Below are positions 1-10,093 of a stretch of DNA of 64,000 nt, one piece after another. The DNA comes from Flavobacteriales bacterium (GTDB taxonomy: Bacteria > Bacteroidota > Bacteroidia > Flavobacteriales_F > PHOS-HE28), in the NCBI GenBank assembly GCA_016787995.1, contig JAEUTB010000103.1, forward strand, positions 39,827 to 103,826. Reading direction: 5' to 3'. Each line of letters begins with the position of its first letter. Positions within the stretch are counted from its first letter, which is position 1. Made by a program: the position numbers and the translations under genes. Under the pieces are notes generated by a model. The model was given only the letters and a program-made list of their open reading frames with translations. It did not search any database and was not told the DNA's origin.

Positions 1-794
1 TTGGCACGTTTGGCATCGGGGCTGTCCCACTTCACATAATCGCTATAGTCATGGTTCCCTAGGATGCTGTATTTCCCCATTTTGGCTTCCACCTGGGCGA
101 AGATCTCTGTGAAGCGCTCGGCCTCATCCGCATAGTCGTTCACCATATCGCCGGTGAAGAGCACCAGGTCGGGCGATTCGGCATTGATCAGGTCCACGCC
201 GTTCTGCACGATGGAAGCATCGTCGCCAAAGCTGCCCAGGTGCATGTCGCTGATCTGCACGATGCGCAGGCCGTGGAACTCCTCCGGTAGGTTCGGACTG
301 TGTATGGGCACCCGGGCGATGTTGAACTTCCGACGCCCTTTCGTAACCCCGTAGAGCACACCGGCGAAGGGCACCGTGGCCACGATCAGGCCCAATTGGC
401 TCAGGAAGTTCGCACGATCCAGCAATTCACCCGTTCCATCCGGCTTCCCAGGCAGCAATTTTGACCAGCCCCAACGTCCTAGGTGTAGCAGGTCGTCAAG
501 GCCATGGAAGATCACGATCACCAGCTTGGGCAGGAAGAACAGCAGGAAGAGCGCCACCAGCGAGAACACATAGCTGTGGTCGCGGCGCACTTGGGAGCCC
601 TGCATGCTTACCATGGTCCAGATCAGCACGGCCATGATGCCAAGGGACACGATCCAGTACAGGATCCGAACGATACGCCGCAGCACCAGCGAGTGGTTCG
701 CAAGCGCCGTGTTCACACCCTTGTAGGCGTAAAGGTCGATCAATACGAGAAGGACCAGGAAGAGGATGAAGTTGCGGAGGGCAGCGGGGGACAT
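1..794 (-). CDS. membrane-anchored metallophosphoesterase (calcineurin-like), C-terminus beyond window start
   Basis: Reverse-strand translation from ATG at 794 gives N-terminal TM helices, then ...IVQISDMHLG...FTGDMVND...GNHDY phosphoesterase motifs. The plus-strand ORFs in this region look like shadow ORFs. Confidence 0.7.
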   Translation of the reverse strand, partial: MSPAALRNFILFLVLLVLIDLYAYKGVNTALANHSLVLRRIVRILYWIVSLGIMAVLIWTMVSMQGSQVRRDHSYVFSLVALFLLFFLPKLVIVIFHGLDDLLHLGRWGWSKLLPGKPDGTGELLDRANFLSQLGLIVATVPFAGVLYGVTKGRRKFNIARVPIHSPNLPEEFHGLRIVQISDMHLGSFGDDASIVQNGVDLINAESPDLVLFTGDMVNDYADEAERFTEIFAQVEAKMGKYSILGNHDYSDYVKWDSPDAKRA

Positions 795-865
795 GGAACG
801 AAGCTAGGTGGCCGACAAGTGCGATCTTGCACCACTGGGATCTTTAACAAGATCGAGAGCCAACG

Positions 866-2284
866 ATGACCAGAACACTCTTCAGCTGCCTTTGTTCCTG
901 TTTTGCCCTATTCGTCGAGGCGCAAACTTGGCGAAAGGCCTATGGAGCCTACGGTTCCGAAGAGGCACAGGCCATACGTTTGGCAGGGGAGGACTTGATC
1001 GTTGTTGCCGGCTCCACGGGTAGTGGAGGCACGGGCGCCTCGGACATCTATTTGATGGCCTTGGATGGCGCGGGCACACGACTTTGGAGCACCGCCATCG
1101 GTTCGCCCGCTGTGGAGCAAGCCGTGGACCTGCGTGTGCTGCCTGATGGATCCTTCCTCATCGCTGGGAATTCCAATGAAGGTGGCGATTATGATGGGCT
1201 GCTGGTGAAAACGGACCCGAACGGTGTGGTGATCTGGCAGCGAACCTATGGTGGGAGCGACTGGGACTTCTTCCGTGAATTATCAGTGCTTCCCAACGGA
1301 GATCTTATTATCGTCGGGCAAACCTTCCAGCCTAGCGTGGATGGTGAGGTCTGGACCATGCGGTTGAACGATTCCGGCGATGTGATCGAGGAGCATCGTT
1401 ATGGAGGAGCCGGTGAGCAGAACGGACATAGCCTGTGCTTGACTCCCGATGGCTTTGCGATCGCTGGGTCCTCCGGGATCGGTGATGCGACCAATGCCTT
1501 GCTGATCCGGGTGGATGAAGAAGGAGGAGAATTGTGGTCCATGACCTATGGTGGTGACTCACTTGATGTGGCCTATGACGTCGTCCACACAAGCGATGGC
1601 GGATTCTCCATGGTCGGTATCACAAGAAGCTATTCCAACTTCGAAGAAGGTTATCACCTCAAAACGGATGGTGCAGGGGTGTTGCAGTGGTACCGAAGCT
1701 GGGGTCAGGTCAACGATCAGGGCTCCTTTGAACACCTTCAACTCCAGAATGGGGAATATCTCACCGCAGGCTACACGAAGACCTCTGGAGGCGGAGAACG
1801 CGATATGTTCCTATTGAAGAGCGCGGAGAATGGTGATTTTGTCTACGGTCGAACGTTCGGTGGCGCGGCCGATGATGTGGCATTCAGCCTGGATACGGCC
1901 GGTACCGGTTTCCTCTGCGCGGGATGGACGGATAGCTACGGCGCAGGTGGGCGTGATCTATTCGTGGTTCGCACCGATGAGAATGGTACGACCGCGAGCG
2001 AAAGCGTGAATGAGTCCTTCGACCCAGTGAACATCGGCGTAGAGATACGCACGCCCCCCGCCACCATCTTCCCCAATCCCTGCACCAGTACATTCACCTT
2101 GCGCGATATCCCGCCCGGTACGCTGGCCGTGTTCGATGCCCATGGACGCCTGGTCCTGGCCGAGCCTTGGGTCGTTCCGGGTGAGCCGGTACCGGTGGCA
2201 CTGGATGCCGGGCTCTACGTGGTTGAAGTCCGCGACGCACGGGGTGGGATCCAACGGTTGCCCTTGGTGATCGCAGCGGAATGA
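866..2284 (+). CDS. secreted SBBP beta-propeller repeat protein with T9SS-type C-terminal sorting domain
   Basis: Signal peptide; repeated YGGxxxDxxxxxxxxxDGG units; C-terminal ~80 aa resemble a Por secretion tail (…FPNPCTSTFTL…GLYVVEV…). Confidence 0.8.
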   Translation: MTRTLFSCLCSCFALFVEAQTWRKAYGAYGSEEAQAIRLAGEDLIVVAGSTGSGGTGASDIYLMALDGAGTRLWSTAIGSPAVEQAVDLRVLPDGSFLIAGNSNEGGDYDGLLVKTDPNGVVIWQRTYGGSDWDFFRELSVLPNGDLIIVGQTFQPSVDGEVWTMRLNDSGDVIEEHRYGGAGEQNGHSLCLTPDGFAIAGSSGIGDATNALLIRVDEEGGELWSMTYGGDSLDVAYDVVHTSDGGFSMVGITRSYSNFEEGYHLKTDGAGVLQWYRSWGQVNDQGSFEHLQLQNGEYLTAGYTKTSGGGERDMFLLKSAENGDFVYGRTFGGAADDVAFSLDTAGTGFLCAGWTDSYGAGGRDLFVVRTDENGTTASESVNESFDPVNIGVEIRTPPATIFPNPCTSTFTLRDIPPGTLAVFDAHGRLVLAEPWVVPGEPVPVALDAGLYVVEVRDARGGIQRLPLVIAAE

Positions 2285-3696
2285 GCAGCGATCGGAACGC
2301 TCCTGTCCTGCGGGCATACCTCATCTTGGGCCATCTCCTCTTTTTCGGCCTCTTCGCGCTGGCCTACAGCCACATGCCCACCCGCGTGGTGCATGTCGAT
2401 TCGGCTTTCCAGATCTTCAAGTGGATCCATGTGCCGGGTGTGGGCGTGGAGGCCCATCGCTTCACGGCCGTGGTGCCGCAGCTGCTGGTGAAGGCCGTGG
2501 CCACCACCGGTGCGCCGTTGCATGTGCTGCTCACCGTGGCTTCGCTCGCGCATGTGCTGGTGCCTTACCTGATCTTCGTCCTTATCGCGCACGGGCTCCG
2601 GCAGCCGTGGATCGCGTTGGCCCTTGTGCTGGCCCAAGTGCTCTGCACACGGCTCACCTTCTACGGCATCGTGCTGGAGGCGAACTACCTGCTCAGTTAC
2701 CCCTTCCTCCTCGCGGCACTGGTATCAGGGCCCTTGATGCGATCGCGCAAACCACTTGTGCTGGTCGCTGTGCTTGCAGCGTTGTTCTTGGTGCTGCTGG
2801 TGCATCCTGTTGGTTTCATCGCCGCGGTGTTCGTGCTGGTGTTGCTTTACCTGCGTGGCCACACCGCCCGGCCTGTGCTGCTCGCGCTCATCGCTCTTAG
2901 CGGCGTATGGCCCTTGATCTTCCGCGCGCTCTTTCCGCCCACCGCCTACGAGGCCGATCTGTACGCCTCCACAGGAGTGGGTTTGGAAGCCATGGATTCG
3001 TTCTTCACGTTGCCCGGCTGGCGCTTCCTCATCGACCACACCGTCCACTTCACCACGCACTATGTGGCTTTCTGGGTGGCGCTGATCGTACTGCTCGTCG
3101 TGCTCCTTCGTCAACGCGCCTACCTCCAGTTGACTTGGATCGTGGCGAGCGTCACGGGGTTCATTGCCCTGCATGTGCTCACCTATCACGCAGGTGAAAC
3201 GGCCATGATGATGGAGAAGAACTTCGTGCCGATGGCGGCCTTCGTGGCGTTGCCCCTGCTGCTGCAGTTCGAGCGCCTTTCCAACCGCAACGCCTGGATC
3301 GCGCTGGTCCCCTTCACCGTCGTGCTATTCCTGCAATTCCGGGGCATCTCCTTCGCTTCACGCCCCACCGGCGAACGGCTCGCCAAGATCCGCGCGCTCG
3401 TGGATGAGTTGCATGTCAGGGGTGTCCACAAGGCCTGCGCCACCCCACTGCAGCTCGACGAGCGCGGCCTCCACATCCATTGGGCCATGGCCTTCGAGAC
3501 CTTGTTGCTCAGCGCATTGGATGGCCGCGAAGCCAGCTTGACGGTGGTGGTGCGCGAGGAGTGTCCACCCGGCACCACCACCGCCGATCTCTCCGGACTG
3601 ATCCCCGAAGGTGAACTTTGTGGCAACGGTACGTCATGGTTCCGTCTTCCCGTTGGACCCTACGACGTACTTTCAGCCCAAGGTTCAATCAGATAG
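2281..3696 (+). CDS. polytopic membrane protein (possibly a glycosyltransferase or polymerase of the polysaccharide cluster)
   Basis: ATGA overlap with the upstream gene; more than 10 hydrophobic helices followed by a soluble C-terminal domain. Confidence 0.55.
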   Translation: MSSDRNAPVLRAYLILGHLLFFGLFALAYSHMPTRVVHVDSAFQIFKWIHVPGVGVEAHRFTAVVPQLLVKAVATTGAPLHVLLTVASLAHVLVPYLIFVLIAHGLRQPWIALALVLAQVLCTRLTFYGIVLEANYLLSYPFLLAALVSGPLMRSRKPLVLVAVLAALFLVLLVHPVGFIAAVFVLVLLYLRGHTARPVLLALIALSGVWPLIFRALFPPTAYEADLYASTGVGLEAMDSFFTLPGWRFLIDHTVHFTTHYVAFWVALIVLLVVLLRQRAYLQLTWIVASVTGFIALHVLTYHAGETAMMMEKNFVPMAAFVALPLLLQFERLSNRNAWIALVPFTVVLFLQFRGISFASRPTGERLAKIRALVDELHVRGVHKACATPLQLDERGLHIHWAMAFETLLLSALDGREASLTVVVREECPPGTTTADLSGLIPEGELCGNGTSWFRLPVGPYDVLSAQGSIR

Positions 3697-3702
3697 CTAT
3701 CG

Positions 3703-4404
3703 ATGGAGGAGCAGGTGATCGGTATATTCCGGTGGGCGCATATCGCAGCGGGTTTCATCGCGTTGTTCGTGGCGCCCATCGCCATGGTGGTGCGCAAGGG
3801 TGGCGATCAGCACCGCCTCTGGGGCAAGGTCTTCTTCTACGCCATGGCGGTGGTGGCCATCACGGCCATCGTGGTGGGCGTGTGGAAGAACAACCTCTTC
3901 CTGGCCATGCTCGCCGTGCTCAGTTTCCACTTGGTGGCTTCCGGTTACCGGTCGCTGTACCATAAGCGCTTGCACGAAGGACAGAAACCGGACACCATGG
4001 ACGTGGTGGTGCAAGGCACAGCCGGGGTGGTGAACGGAGGGCTCTTCATTTGGGGTTTCGTGAACGTTCTGCTGGGCAACCGGGGTAGCGGCACCATCCT
4101 CTTCCTCGCCTTCGGCCTCATCGGCAGTTTGCTCGTGTGGCGCAACCTGCAACGGTTCTACAAGCGCAGCCATGAGAAGCACGAATGGCTTTACGCCCAC
4201 ATGTCCGGCTTCCTCGGCGGTTACATCGCCACGGTCTCGGCCTTCAGCGCCGTCAACTTCACCTTCATCAAACCGGTGTGGTTGCAGTGGTTGTGGCCTA
4301 CGCTGGTGGGCACGCCGCTGATCATCCTCTGGACGAACCACTACCGCAAGAAGCTCTCCCGCGGCCGCCGCGCCCGCGACGTGGTGGAGGTGCGCATCAA
4401 GTGA
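3703..4404 (+). CDS. integral membrane protein, unknown function
   Basis: 233-aa ORF with about 6 predicted TM helices and clean codon usage. Confidence 0.55.
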   Translation: MEEQVIGIFRWAHIAAGFIALFVAPIAMVVRKGGDQHRLWGKVFFYAMAVVAITAIVVGVWKNNLFLAMLAVLSFHLVASGYRSLYHKRLHEGQKPDTMDVVVQGTAGVVNGGLFIWGFVNVLLGNRGSGTILFLAFGLIGSLLVWRNLQRFYKRSHEKHEWLYAHMSGFLGGYIATVSAFSAVNFTFIKPVWLQWLWPTLVGTPLIILWTNHYRKKLSRGRRARDVVEVRIK

Positions 4405-4408
4405 GCGC

Positions 4409-4735
4409 TCGGTTGGTTCAACCACAGTGCCACGCTACGCTCGCACTGACCATGCGAACTGGTTGTTCTCTACCAAGGATGTACGCGGATCAACACGGAT
4501 AGGAGAGAAGTCTAGCCCTTCACCTTGGGACATGCATTGTCCGTGTCGATCCGTGTCCATCCGTGGTCAACTCATTCAACCCAGCACCGCTTGGTACGGC
4601 CGTTGGCCGGTTTTTCAACCACGGATGCTCACGGATAGACGCGGATCTGGGATCTCCTTGCATCCACCACGGACTAGGCATTATCCGTGTCGATCAGCGT
4701 CCATCCGTGGTTAGTGCATTCAACCACGCATCGCC
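4409..4735. repeat. intergenic cluster of direct and inverted ~20-45 bp repeats (GATCCGTGTCCATCCGTGG / TTCAACCAC motifs)
   Basis: Two ~44-bp direct copies at 4541-4584 and 4685-4729, an inverted copy at 4609-4645, and shorter CACGGAT hits at 4491 and 4667. Confidence 0.6.
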
Positions 4736-5877
4736 AGGTGCCCGCCCACAACGGTACATTTGGCACCTTCGCTTCCAACGTGGAACCTACGCGCAACGAA
4801 ACCCGGGTGCTGGTGCTCTACACCGAGATCGCACCCTATGTGCTCGCCTGCCTCGATGCCCTCGTGGCCCGCACCGGTGCTCGCATCGAACTCGTGCGCT
4901 GGCCGGTGAATGCCGAAGCGCCCTTCGCCCTCGGCGCACACCCCGGCATCACCCTGCACGACCGCCGCGACTTCACCGACGAACGCTTGCTCGCCTTCGC
5001 ACTCGACTTCAAGCCGCAGTTCGTCATCGCCAGCGGTTGGGTGGACAAAGGCTACTTGAAGGTGTGCCGGGCCATGCGCCGACAAGGCATCCCCACGAGC
5101 ATGAACCTCGATACCGCGTGGCGGGGTGATGCCAAACAATGGATCTCCGCTGCGCTCGCACGCCTGTGGATGCCGCGCACCTACAGCCACATCTGGGCCA
5201 CCGGCACACGGCAGGTGGCGTATGCACGCATGCTCGGTCTGCCTGAGAACCGCATCCTCACCGGCCTCTACGCCGCCGACACCACGCCCTTCCGCGCGGC
5301 TTTCCACGCTGCGCGACAGGCTCGCCAGCTGCGCTACCCGCACCGCTTCATCCATGTGGCGCGCTACATCCCCACTAAGGGCCAGCAAGTGCTTTGCGAT
5401 GCTTTCGCCGAACTCTGCGATCAAGGCCGTGCAGGCGATTGGGAACTGCACCTCGTGGGCACCGGTGAACTCCATGATCAGGTGAAGAACAGCACTTCCG
5501 GCCGACACCCGCGCATCGTCCACCGCGGCTTCGTGCAGGCCACGGATATCCCCGCTGTGCTGGCCGAAGCCGGTGCCTCCGTGCTGCCCAGCCTTTACGA
5601 ACCCTGGGGCGTGGTGGTGCAGGAGCATGCCTGCATCGGTCTGCCCCTGCTGCTGAGCGATGCCGTGGGCGCGGGCGAACGCTTCCTCGAACCTGGCGCG
5701 AACGGGGCCCTGCACAAGGCTGGCGACAAGGCCGACCTACAGCGGAGTTTGCTCCAGATCATCGGCACCCCCGACGCGGAACTCCTGCGCATGGGCGACC
5801 GCTCCGCCGAGTTGGGCGCCACCTGGACACCCGAACGCTGGGCCGCATCGGCCGAACGAAATCTCTTGAAGCGGTGA
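4687..5877 (+). CDS. glycosyltransferase family 4 (GT1-fold)
   Basis: C-terminal EPWGVVVQEHACIGLPLLLSD…E motif typical of GT4 retaining glycosyltransferases. The true start is uncertain and possibly a downstream non-ATG codon, because the annotated ATG lies in the repeat region. Confidence 0.8.
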   Translation: MSISVHPWLVHSTTHRQVPAHNGTFGTFASNVEPTRNETRVLVLYTEIAPYVLACLDALVARTGARIELVRWPVNAEAPFALGAHPGITLHDRRDFTDERLLAFALDFKPQFVIASGWVDKGYLKVCRAMRRQGIPTSMNLDTAWRGDAKQWISAALARLWMPRTYSHIWATGTRQVAYARMLGLPENRILTGLYAADTTPFRAAFHAARQARQLRYPHRFIHVARYIPTKGQQVLCDAFAELCDQGRAGDWELHLVGTGELHDQVKNSTSGRHPRIVHRGFVQATDIPAVLAEAGASVLPSLYEPWGVVVQEHACIGLPLLLSDAVGAGERFLEPGANGALHKAGDKADLQRSLLQIIGTPDAELLRMGDRSAELGATWTPERWAASAERNLLKR

Positions 5878-7016
5878 GCACACCCCGCGTACTCGCCTTC
5901 ATCGATTGGTACAAACCGTACTTCAAGGCCGGTGGTCCCGTGCGCAGCATGGTGAACCTCGTGGAGCACCTCGGCACCCGTGTGCAATTCCACATCGTCA
6001 CCGGCGACCGCGACTACACCGCCACCACCAACGAAGCGCAGGTGCCCACCGACCAGTGGACCACCGCCGACGCCGGTGAACAGGTCTACCACGCCTCGCC
6101 CGCGCAACGCACACGCCAGGTGTGGCAACGGCTCATCCACCAGGAACGGTGGGATGTGGTCTACATCAACGGGCTGTTCTCGGTGTGGTCCACCATCGTG
6201 CCGCTGTGGCTATTGCGCGGCAGCGACACCCGGCGCATCGTGGCCGTGCGTGGCATGCTCGCCGCCGGACCCATGGAGCAAAGCCGTCTGAAGAAACGCC
6301 TCTTCCTCTTCGGCATGAAGGCGCTCGGCTGTTTCAAGGGCGTGGAGTTCCAGGCCACCAACGCCGAAGAGGTGGCCGACATCCAGCGTTGGATCGGCAA
6401 GGGCACCCGCATCCATCTGGTGCAGAACCTCGCGCGCAAGACACTGGAACAGGAACCGCTGCCCGTGCAGAAATGCGCCGGCGAACTGCGCCTCATCAGC
6501 CTCGCGCGCATCGCGGAAGAGAAGAATACGCTTTTCGCCATCGAGCGCCTCACCCGGTTGAAGGGCCGGATCCGCTTCGAATTGTACGGCACCATCTACG
6601 ACCAGGCCTATTGGGCCGAATGCCAGCGGGCCATCGCCCAGTTGCCCAGCGGCGTACTCGTAGAATGGCGTGGCCAGTTGCCCAACGACCAAGTGGCCGC
6701 AGCCCTTGCCGATGCCCACTTCCTCTACATGCCCAGCGTGGGCGAGAACTTCGGGCATACCATGCTGGAAGCCCTCACCGCCGGAAGGCCCATGATCATC
6801 AGCGACCGCACGCCGTGGAAGGACCTCGCAGCCCAACAGGCCGGCTGGGACCTGCCGCTCACCGACGAAGCCGCCTTCGAGCGCACCTTGCAGACCGCCG
6901 CAGACCTTGACCAACCCGCCTACGATGCCTTGGTCCATGGTGCCTACGCCATGGGAACCCGATATTTGAACGATCCCGCTCCGGTGGAACGCAGTTTCCG
7001 GATGTTCGCGCCATGA
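5874..7016 (+). CDS. glycosyltransferase family 4
   Basis: 4-bp overlap with the upstream gene; VGENFGHTMLEALTAGRPMIISD motif. Confidence 0.85.
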   Translation: MSTPRVLAFIDWYKPYFKAGGPVRSMVNLVEHLGTRVQFHIVTGDRDYTATTNEAQVPTDQWTTADAGEQVYHASPAQRTRQVWQRLIHQERWDVVYINGLFSVWSTIVPLWLLRGSDTRRIVAVRGMLAAGPMEQSRLKKRLFLFGMKALGCFKGVEFQATNAEEVADIQRWIGKGTRIHLVQNLARKTLEQEPLPVQKCAGELRLISLARIAEEKNTLFAIERLTRLKGRIRFELYGTIYDQAYWAECQRAIAQLPSGVLVEWRGQLPNDQVAAALADAHFLYMPSVGENFGHTMLEALTAGRPMIISDRTPWKDLAAQQAGWDLPLTDEAAFERTLQTAADLDQPAYDALVHGAYAMGTRYLNDPAPVERSFRMFAP

Positions 7017-7585
7017 CCACACGCCACCAGGTAGACCTCAGCCGCTTCGATAACTCGAAGACCTTCCACCCCGGCGCCGGTGTGCTTAAACGCACCCTCT
7101 GGTTCTTCGTCAACGCCCTCATCTTCCAGAACCCGGCCTTTCCGTTCCGCTCGCCGAAACCCGGTTTGCTGCGGCTGTTCGGCGCGCGCGTGGGGCCCGG
7201 TGTGGTCATCCACCCCAGCGTGAACATCAAGTTCCCGTGGAAGCTCAGCATCGGCCACCACAGCTGGATCGGCCAGCGCGCTTGGCTGGACAACCTCGAC
7301 TCACTCACCATCGGCAACAACGTGGTGATCAGCCAGGGCGCTATGATCATCCAGGGCAGCCACGATTACAAGAAGGTGGATTACCCCACCTACACCAAGC
7401 CCGTGGTGCTGGAAGATGGCAGCTGGGTGGGAGCGGGGGCCATCGTCACCTTGGGCGTCACCCTCAAGAGCCACAGCGTGCTCGCCGCCGGCAGCGTGGC
7501 CACCAAGGACCTGGAGCCCTACACCATCTACCAAGGCAACCCCGCCCAGCCCGTGCGCGAGCGGGTGATGGACACCACTGCCTAG
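7013..7585 (+). CDS. hexapeptide-repeat acetyltransferase, WcaF-like (colanic acid type)
   Basis: 4-bp overlap with the upstream gene; left-handed beta-helix hexapeptide repeats with an N-terminus typical of WcaF. Confidence 0.85.
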   Translation: MTTRHQVDLSRFDNSKTFHPGAGVLKRTLWFFVNALIFQNPAFPFRSPKPGLLRLFGARVGPGVVIHPSVNIKFPWKLSIGHHSWIGQRAWLDNLDSLTIGNNVVISQGAMIIQGSHDYKKVDYPTYTKPVVLEDGSWVGAGAIVTLGVTLKSHSVLAAGSVATKDLEPYTIYQGNPAQPVRERVMDTTA

Positions 7586-7595
7586 CCAAACCACC

Positions 7596-7796
7596 ATGAA
7601 GAAGCTCATCGCCGCACCCTTTCCGATCCAGGTCTGCCTGATCATCATCGGCATCTCCCTTTTCCGGGAGTTCGACTTCGAGACCTACCGCTTCCGCCAC
7701 TTGCCCATCGCCTTGGTGTATATGTTCGGTTTTGGCCTTTCGCTGTTCTTCGTTTTCTGGGGGAAGAAGGAGGAAAAGACGGAGAAGAGAGTGTGA
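7596..7796 (+). CDS. small membrane protein (2 TM), low GC
   Basis: 66-aa ORF with two hydrophobic helices. It sits at the edge of a low-GC segment. Confidence 0.4.
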   Translation: MKKLIAAPFPIQVCLIIIGISLFREFDFETYRFRHLPIALVYMFGFGLSLFFVFWGKKEEKTEKRV

Positions 7797-8004
7797 ACCC
7801 TCGGTACTGTGATGCATTCCTAGATGCGAACTCGTGCGAGCTCATATTGAACATGTACAACTGCCTACCCACTCGAAGGCTCACGAGCGTACTTCCCCGG
7901 ATTCCAATCGGACCATCACCATGGATCTACACAAGAGGTGAGTATTAAGACTTCGCGCATCTGATGAAGGGAGCGTAGAAATTTTCGTCCCTGTTCAAAC
8001 CCTT

Positions 8005-8772
8005 ATGCAGGTTCTCATTGAATGGAATCGACCTGCTCTCATCACAATGTCTACCCCACCTATGCAGATTGACAAATCAACTGGCACCGTCATCGCAGTC
8101 GCGTCATTCGCCGCAGGTCTCTCATTGAGTTTAATCACGACCGAGGAATCGCCCCCTGAGCTTAGAAGTCTATACAGCGGTGTCTCAAGCGTTCTTTTCG
8201 CCATTCCTTCCTCCTATCTATTCCTGCTCTTTACCGAAGCCTGGACGACTTACCACCACAAGCGCCAGAACAAGCAGGTCCAATTGAATTTTTACCAACA
8301 GTGCACGAACAAATTCAACATGTTCATCCATGTAACACGGGCGCTCGATCCAAACTTCGACGATTCTCTTGATCCACCCAATTACTATTCGGATTGGACG
8401 TTAGACCAAATCTCCGAAGCACTTGATCTGGCGGTGGAAGGTCGAGCAAGAAGATACGCCAAGACCGTTGAATTGATAGACGCGGAGCGCCAAATGCAGC
8501 ACGCTAAAATTGCCTATTCTTACACAACGCTATTCGCTGACCTGGCCTCGCTTGTCGATATCGAGGTGGCTAAGGGCAATCTCCACACCCATGATTACAT
8601 TAGCCGTCTTTATCGGTTCCGCGATTATCTCAGTCGGTTGACCGACCTTAAAAGTATAGGCTTCATTCAGTCGATGGCCAAGAACAAGCAGGAGCTCGAC
8701 TATCGCGTTCGCATGCTAGATCAGATCCAACTTCGCGAAGAAATCAGGAGGTTTGAGGTTAAATTTCCGTAG
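8005..8772 (+). CDS. hypothetical protein with two N-terminal TM helices and a ~170-aa C-terminal soluble domain; low-GC insertion
   Basis: ORF with GC of about 47% against a background above 62%. No family recognised. Confidence 0.55.
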   Translation: MQVLIEWNRPALITMSTPPMQIDKSTGTVIAVASFAAGLSLSLITTEESPPELRSLYSGVSSVLFAIPSSYLFLLFTEAWTTYHHKRQNKQVQLNFYQQCTNKFNMFIHVTRALDPNFDDSLDPPNYYSDWTLDQISEALDLAVEGRARRYAKTVELIDAERQMQHAKIAYSYTTLFADLASLVDIEVAKGNLHTHDYISRLYRFRDYLSRLTDLKSIGFIQSMAKNKQELDYRVRMLDQIQLREEIRRFEVKFP

Positions 8773-9520
8773 GAATCAGTCAGCCACTCTCTTGTCCGAG
8801 GACATCTACACCCCCACATACGTTCAGCGCTTGTTCGATCGGATGAGCAGTTCGTACGAGCGGATGAACTACCTCACGTCATTCGGTTTCTCTTTGCGCT
8901 GGAGGCGGCAGTTCTTGGCGGGCATCCCGGCCACCACTGCGCCGGTGGTGGTGATCGACCTCCTCACCGGCATGGGGGAGACCTGGGGAGCGGTGCACCG
9001 GCGCTTTCCCAACGCACGACTTTCGGCCTTGGACTTTTCGGAGGGTATGCTGCGCCATGCCCGTGCGAAGAGCGTTGCGCGCTATGGCGGCAGGGTGGAG
9101 GTACTGCACCAAGATGTTCTTCAGAACCACCTACCTTCCGCGCACTTCGACATCGTGACCTGTGCCTTCGGGCTCAAGACATTCAACCCAGAGCAATTAG
9201 CGCGGTTAGCACAAGAGACCCTACGCATTCTGAAACCCGGCGGTCGTTTCGCCTTCGTGGAGGTGTCGGAACCCAATGTGGTCCTGCTCCGCGCGCTTTA
9301 CGGACTGTACCTCGGTTCCGTGATCCCTGTGCTGGGCCGTGTCCTCCTCGGAGATCCGGCGGAGTACAAGATGCTCTGGCGCTATACGTCGGCCTTCGGC
9401 CATGCGAAAGCGGCGATGGCCATCTTCCAGGAAGCTGGCCTTCAGGCTGCGTACACCTCGCACTTCTACGGTTGTGCTACCGGCTTCCACGGCGTGAAGG
9501 CGGTTGCTGCGGTGGGTTGA
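8753..9520 (+). CDS. ubiE: class I SAM-dependent methyltransferase, UbiE/MenG-like
   Basis: N-terminal VQRLFDRMSSSYERMNYLTSFGFSLRWRR resembles UbiE/MenG, with a DLLTGMGE SAM motif. The true start may be the internal Met (~8843). Confidence 0.75.
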   Translation: MRLNFRRNQSATLLSEDIYTPTYVQRLFDRMSSSYERMNYLTSFGFSLRWRRQFLAGIPATTAPVVVIDLLTGMGETWGAVHRRFPNARLSALDFSEGMLRHARAKSVARYGGRVEVLHQDVLQNHLPSAHFDIVTCAFGLKTFNPEQLARLAQETLRILKPGGRFAFVEVSEPNVVLLRALYGLYLGSVIPVLGRVLLGDPAEYKMLWRYTSAFGHAKAAMAIFQEAGLQAAYTSHFYGCATGFHGVKAVAAVG

Positions 9521-9640
9521 ACGCCCGAGGCGGCGCCTTTGCGAGTTGTGGTCCGATCCCTTCTCGAAGATCGTCCTGACGCTTTTGTAGATTATCTTGT
9601 TCGAGATATTAGTGAGAACAACCAGGAGGTTCCTCGGATC

Positions 9641-10093
9641 ATGGCATCCACCCGTTCCAAGCTATTCATGGCCGCATTGTGCATGGCCATGGTGCCGGGC
9701 TGTTGTTGCAAGAAAGGCTGTGTCGATCTGAACAGAGAGGCCATCAAGCTCCAGGGTTTTGTGCCTGAGGAGGTGGACAGTGTGATCGTGGTCACGCGGC
9801 TGAGCGCCAATAGCGCGTTGGCTTCGGATACCGTGTTATCCAGCGCCGGTGAGGGTTCCTATTTCAATGCGCCCGACCTTACGTTGTACGTGGAGGATCT
9901 TGGAAATCCCCTTTTACAGCGCGAGATCATCTTCCCACGCATCGGACGGACCTACTTCGTGGATGGCATAGAAAGTGAGTTGAAGGTCTGCAACGCGTGC
10001 ATAATACCGGGTGGCACCGACCATTATATGGTGCTAGAGAGGCACCGGGTGAATGGGGAACGGAGCACTGGTGTTATCACGTTGGTGCGTTAG
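9641..10093 (+). CDS. lipoprotein, unknown function
   Basis: AGGAGG upstream of the internal ATG; signal peptide with lipobox-like …MVPGCCC. Confidence 0.5.
   Translation: MASTRSKLFMAALCMAMVPGCCCKKGCVDLNREAIKLQGFVPEEVDSVIVVTRLSANSALASDTVLSSAGEGSYFNAPDLTLYVEDLGNPLLQREIIFPRIGRTYFVDGIESELKVCNACIIPGGTDHYMVLERHRVNGERSTGVITLVR

Noticed and set aside
2421-3197. 159-aa and 154-aa ORFs overlapping the polytopic membrane protein gene
   Set aside because: Alternative-frame shadows inside a clearly hydrophobic membrane-protein coding region.
4720-5715. 331-aa minus-strand ORF across the GT4 gene
   Set aside because: Shadow ORF; the plus strand carries the canonical GT4 motifs.
6122-7022. 262-aa (+) and 270-aa (-) ORFs overlapping the second GT4 gene
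   Set aside because: Alternative-frame artefacts of GC-rich coding sequence (Arg/Pro/His-rich).
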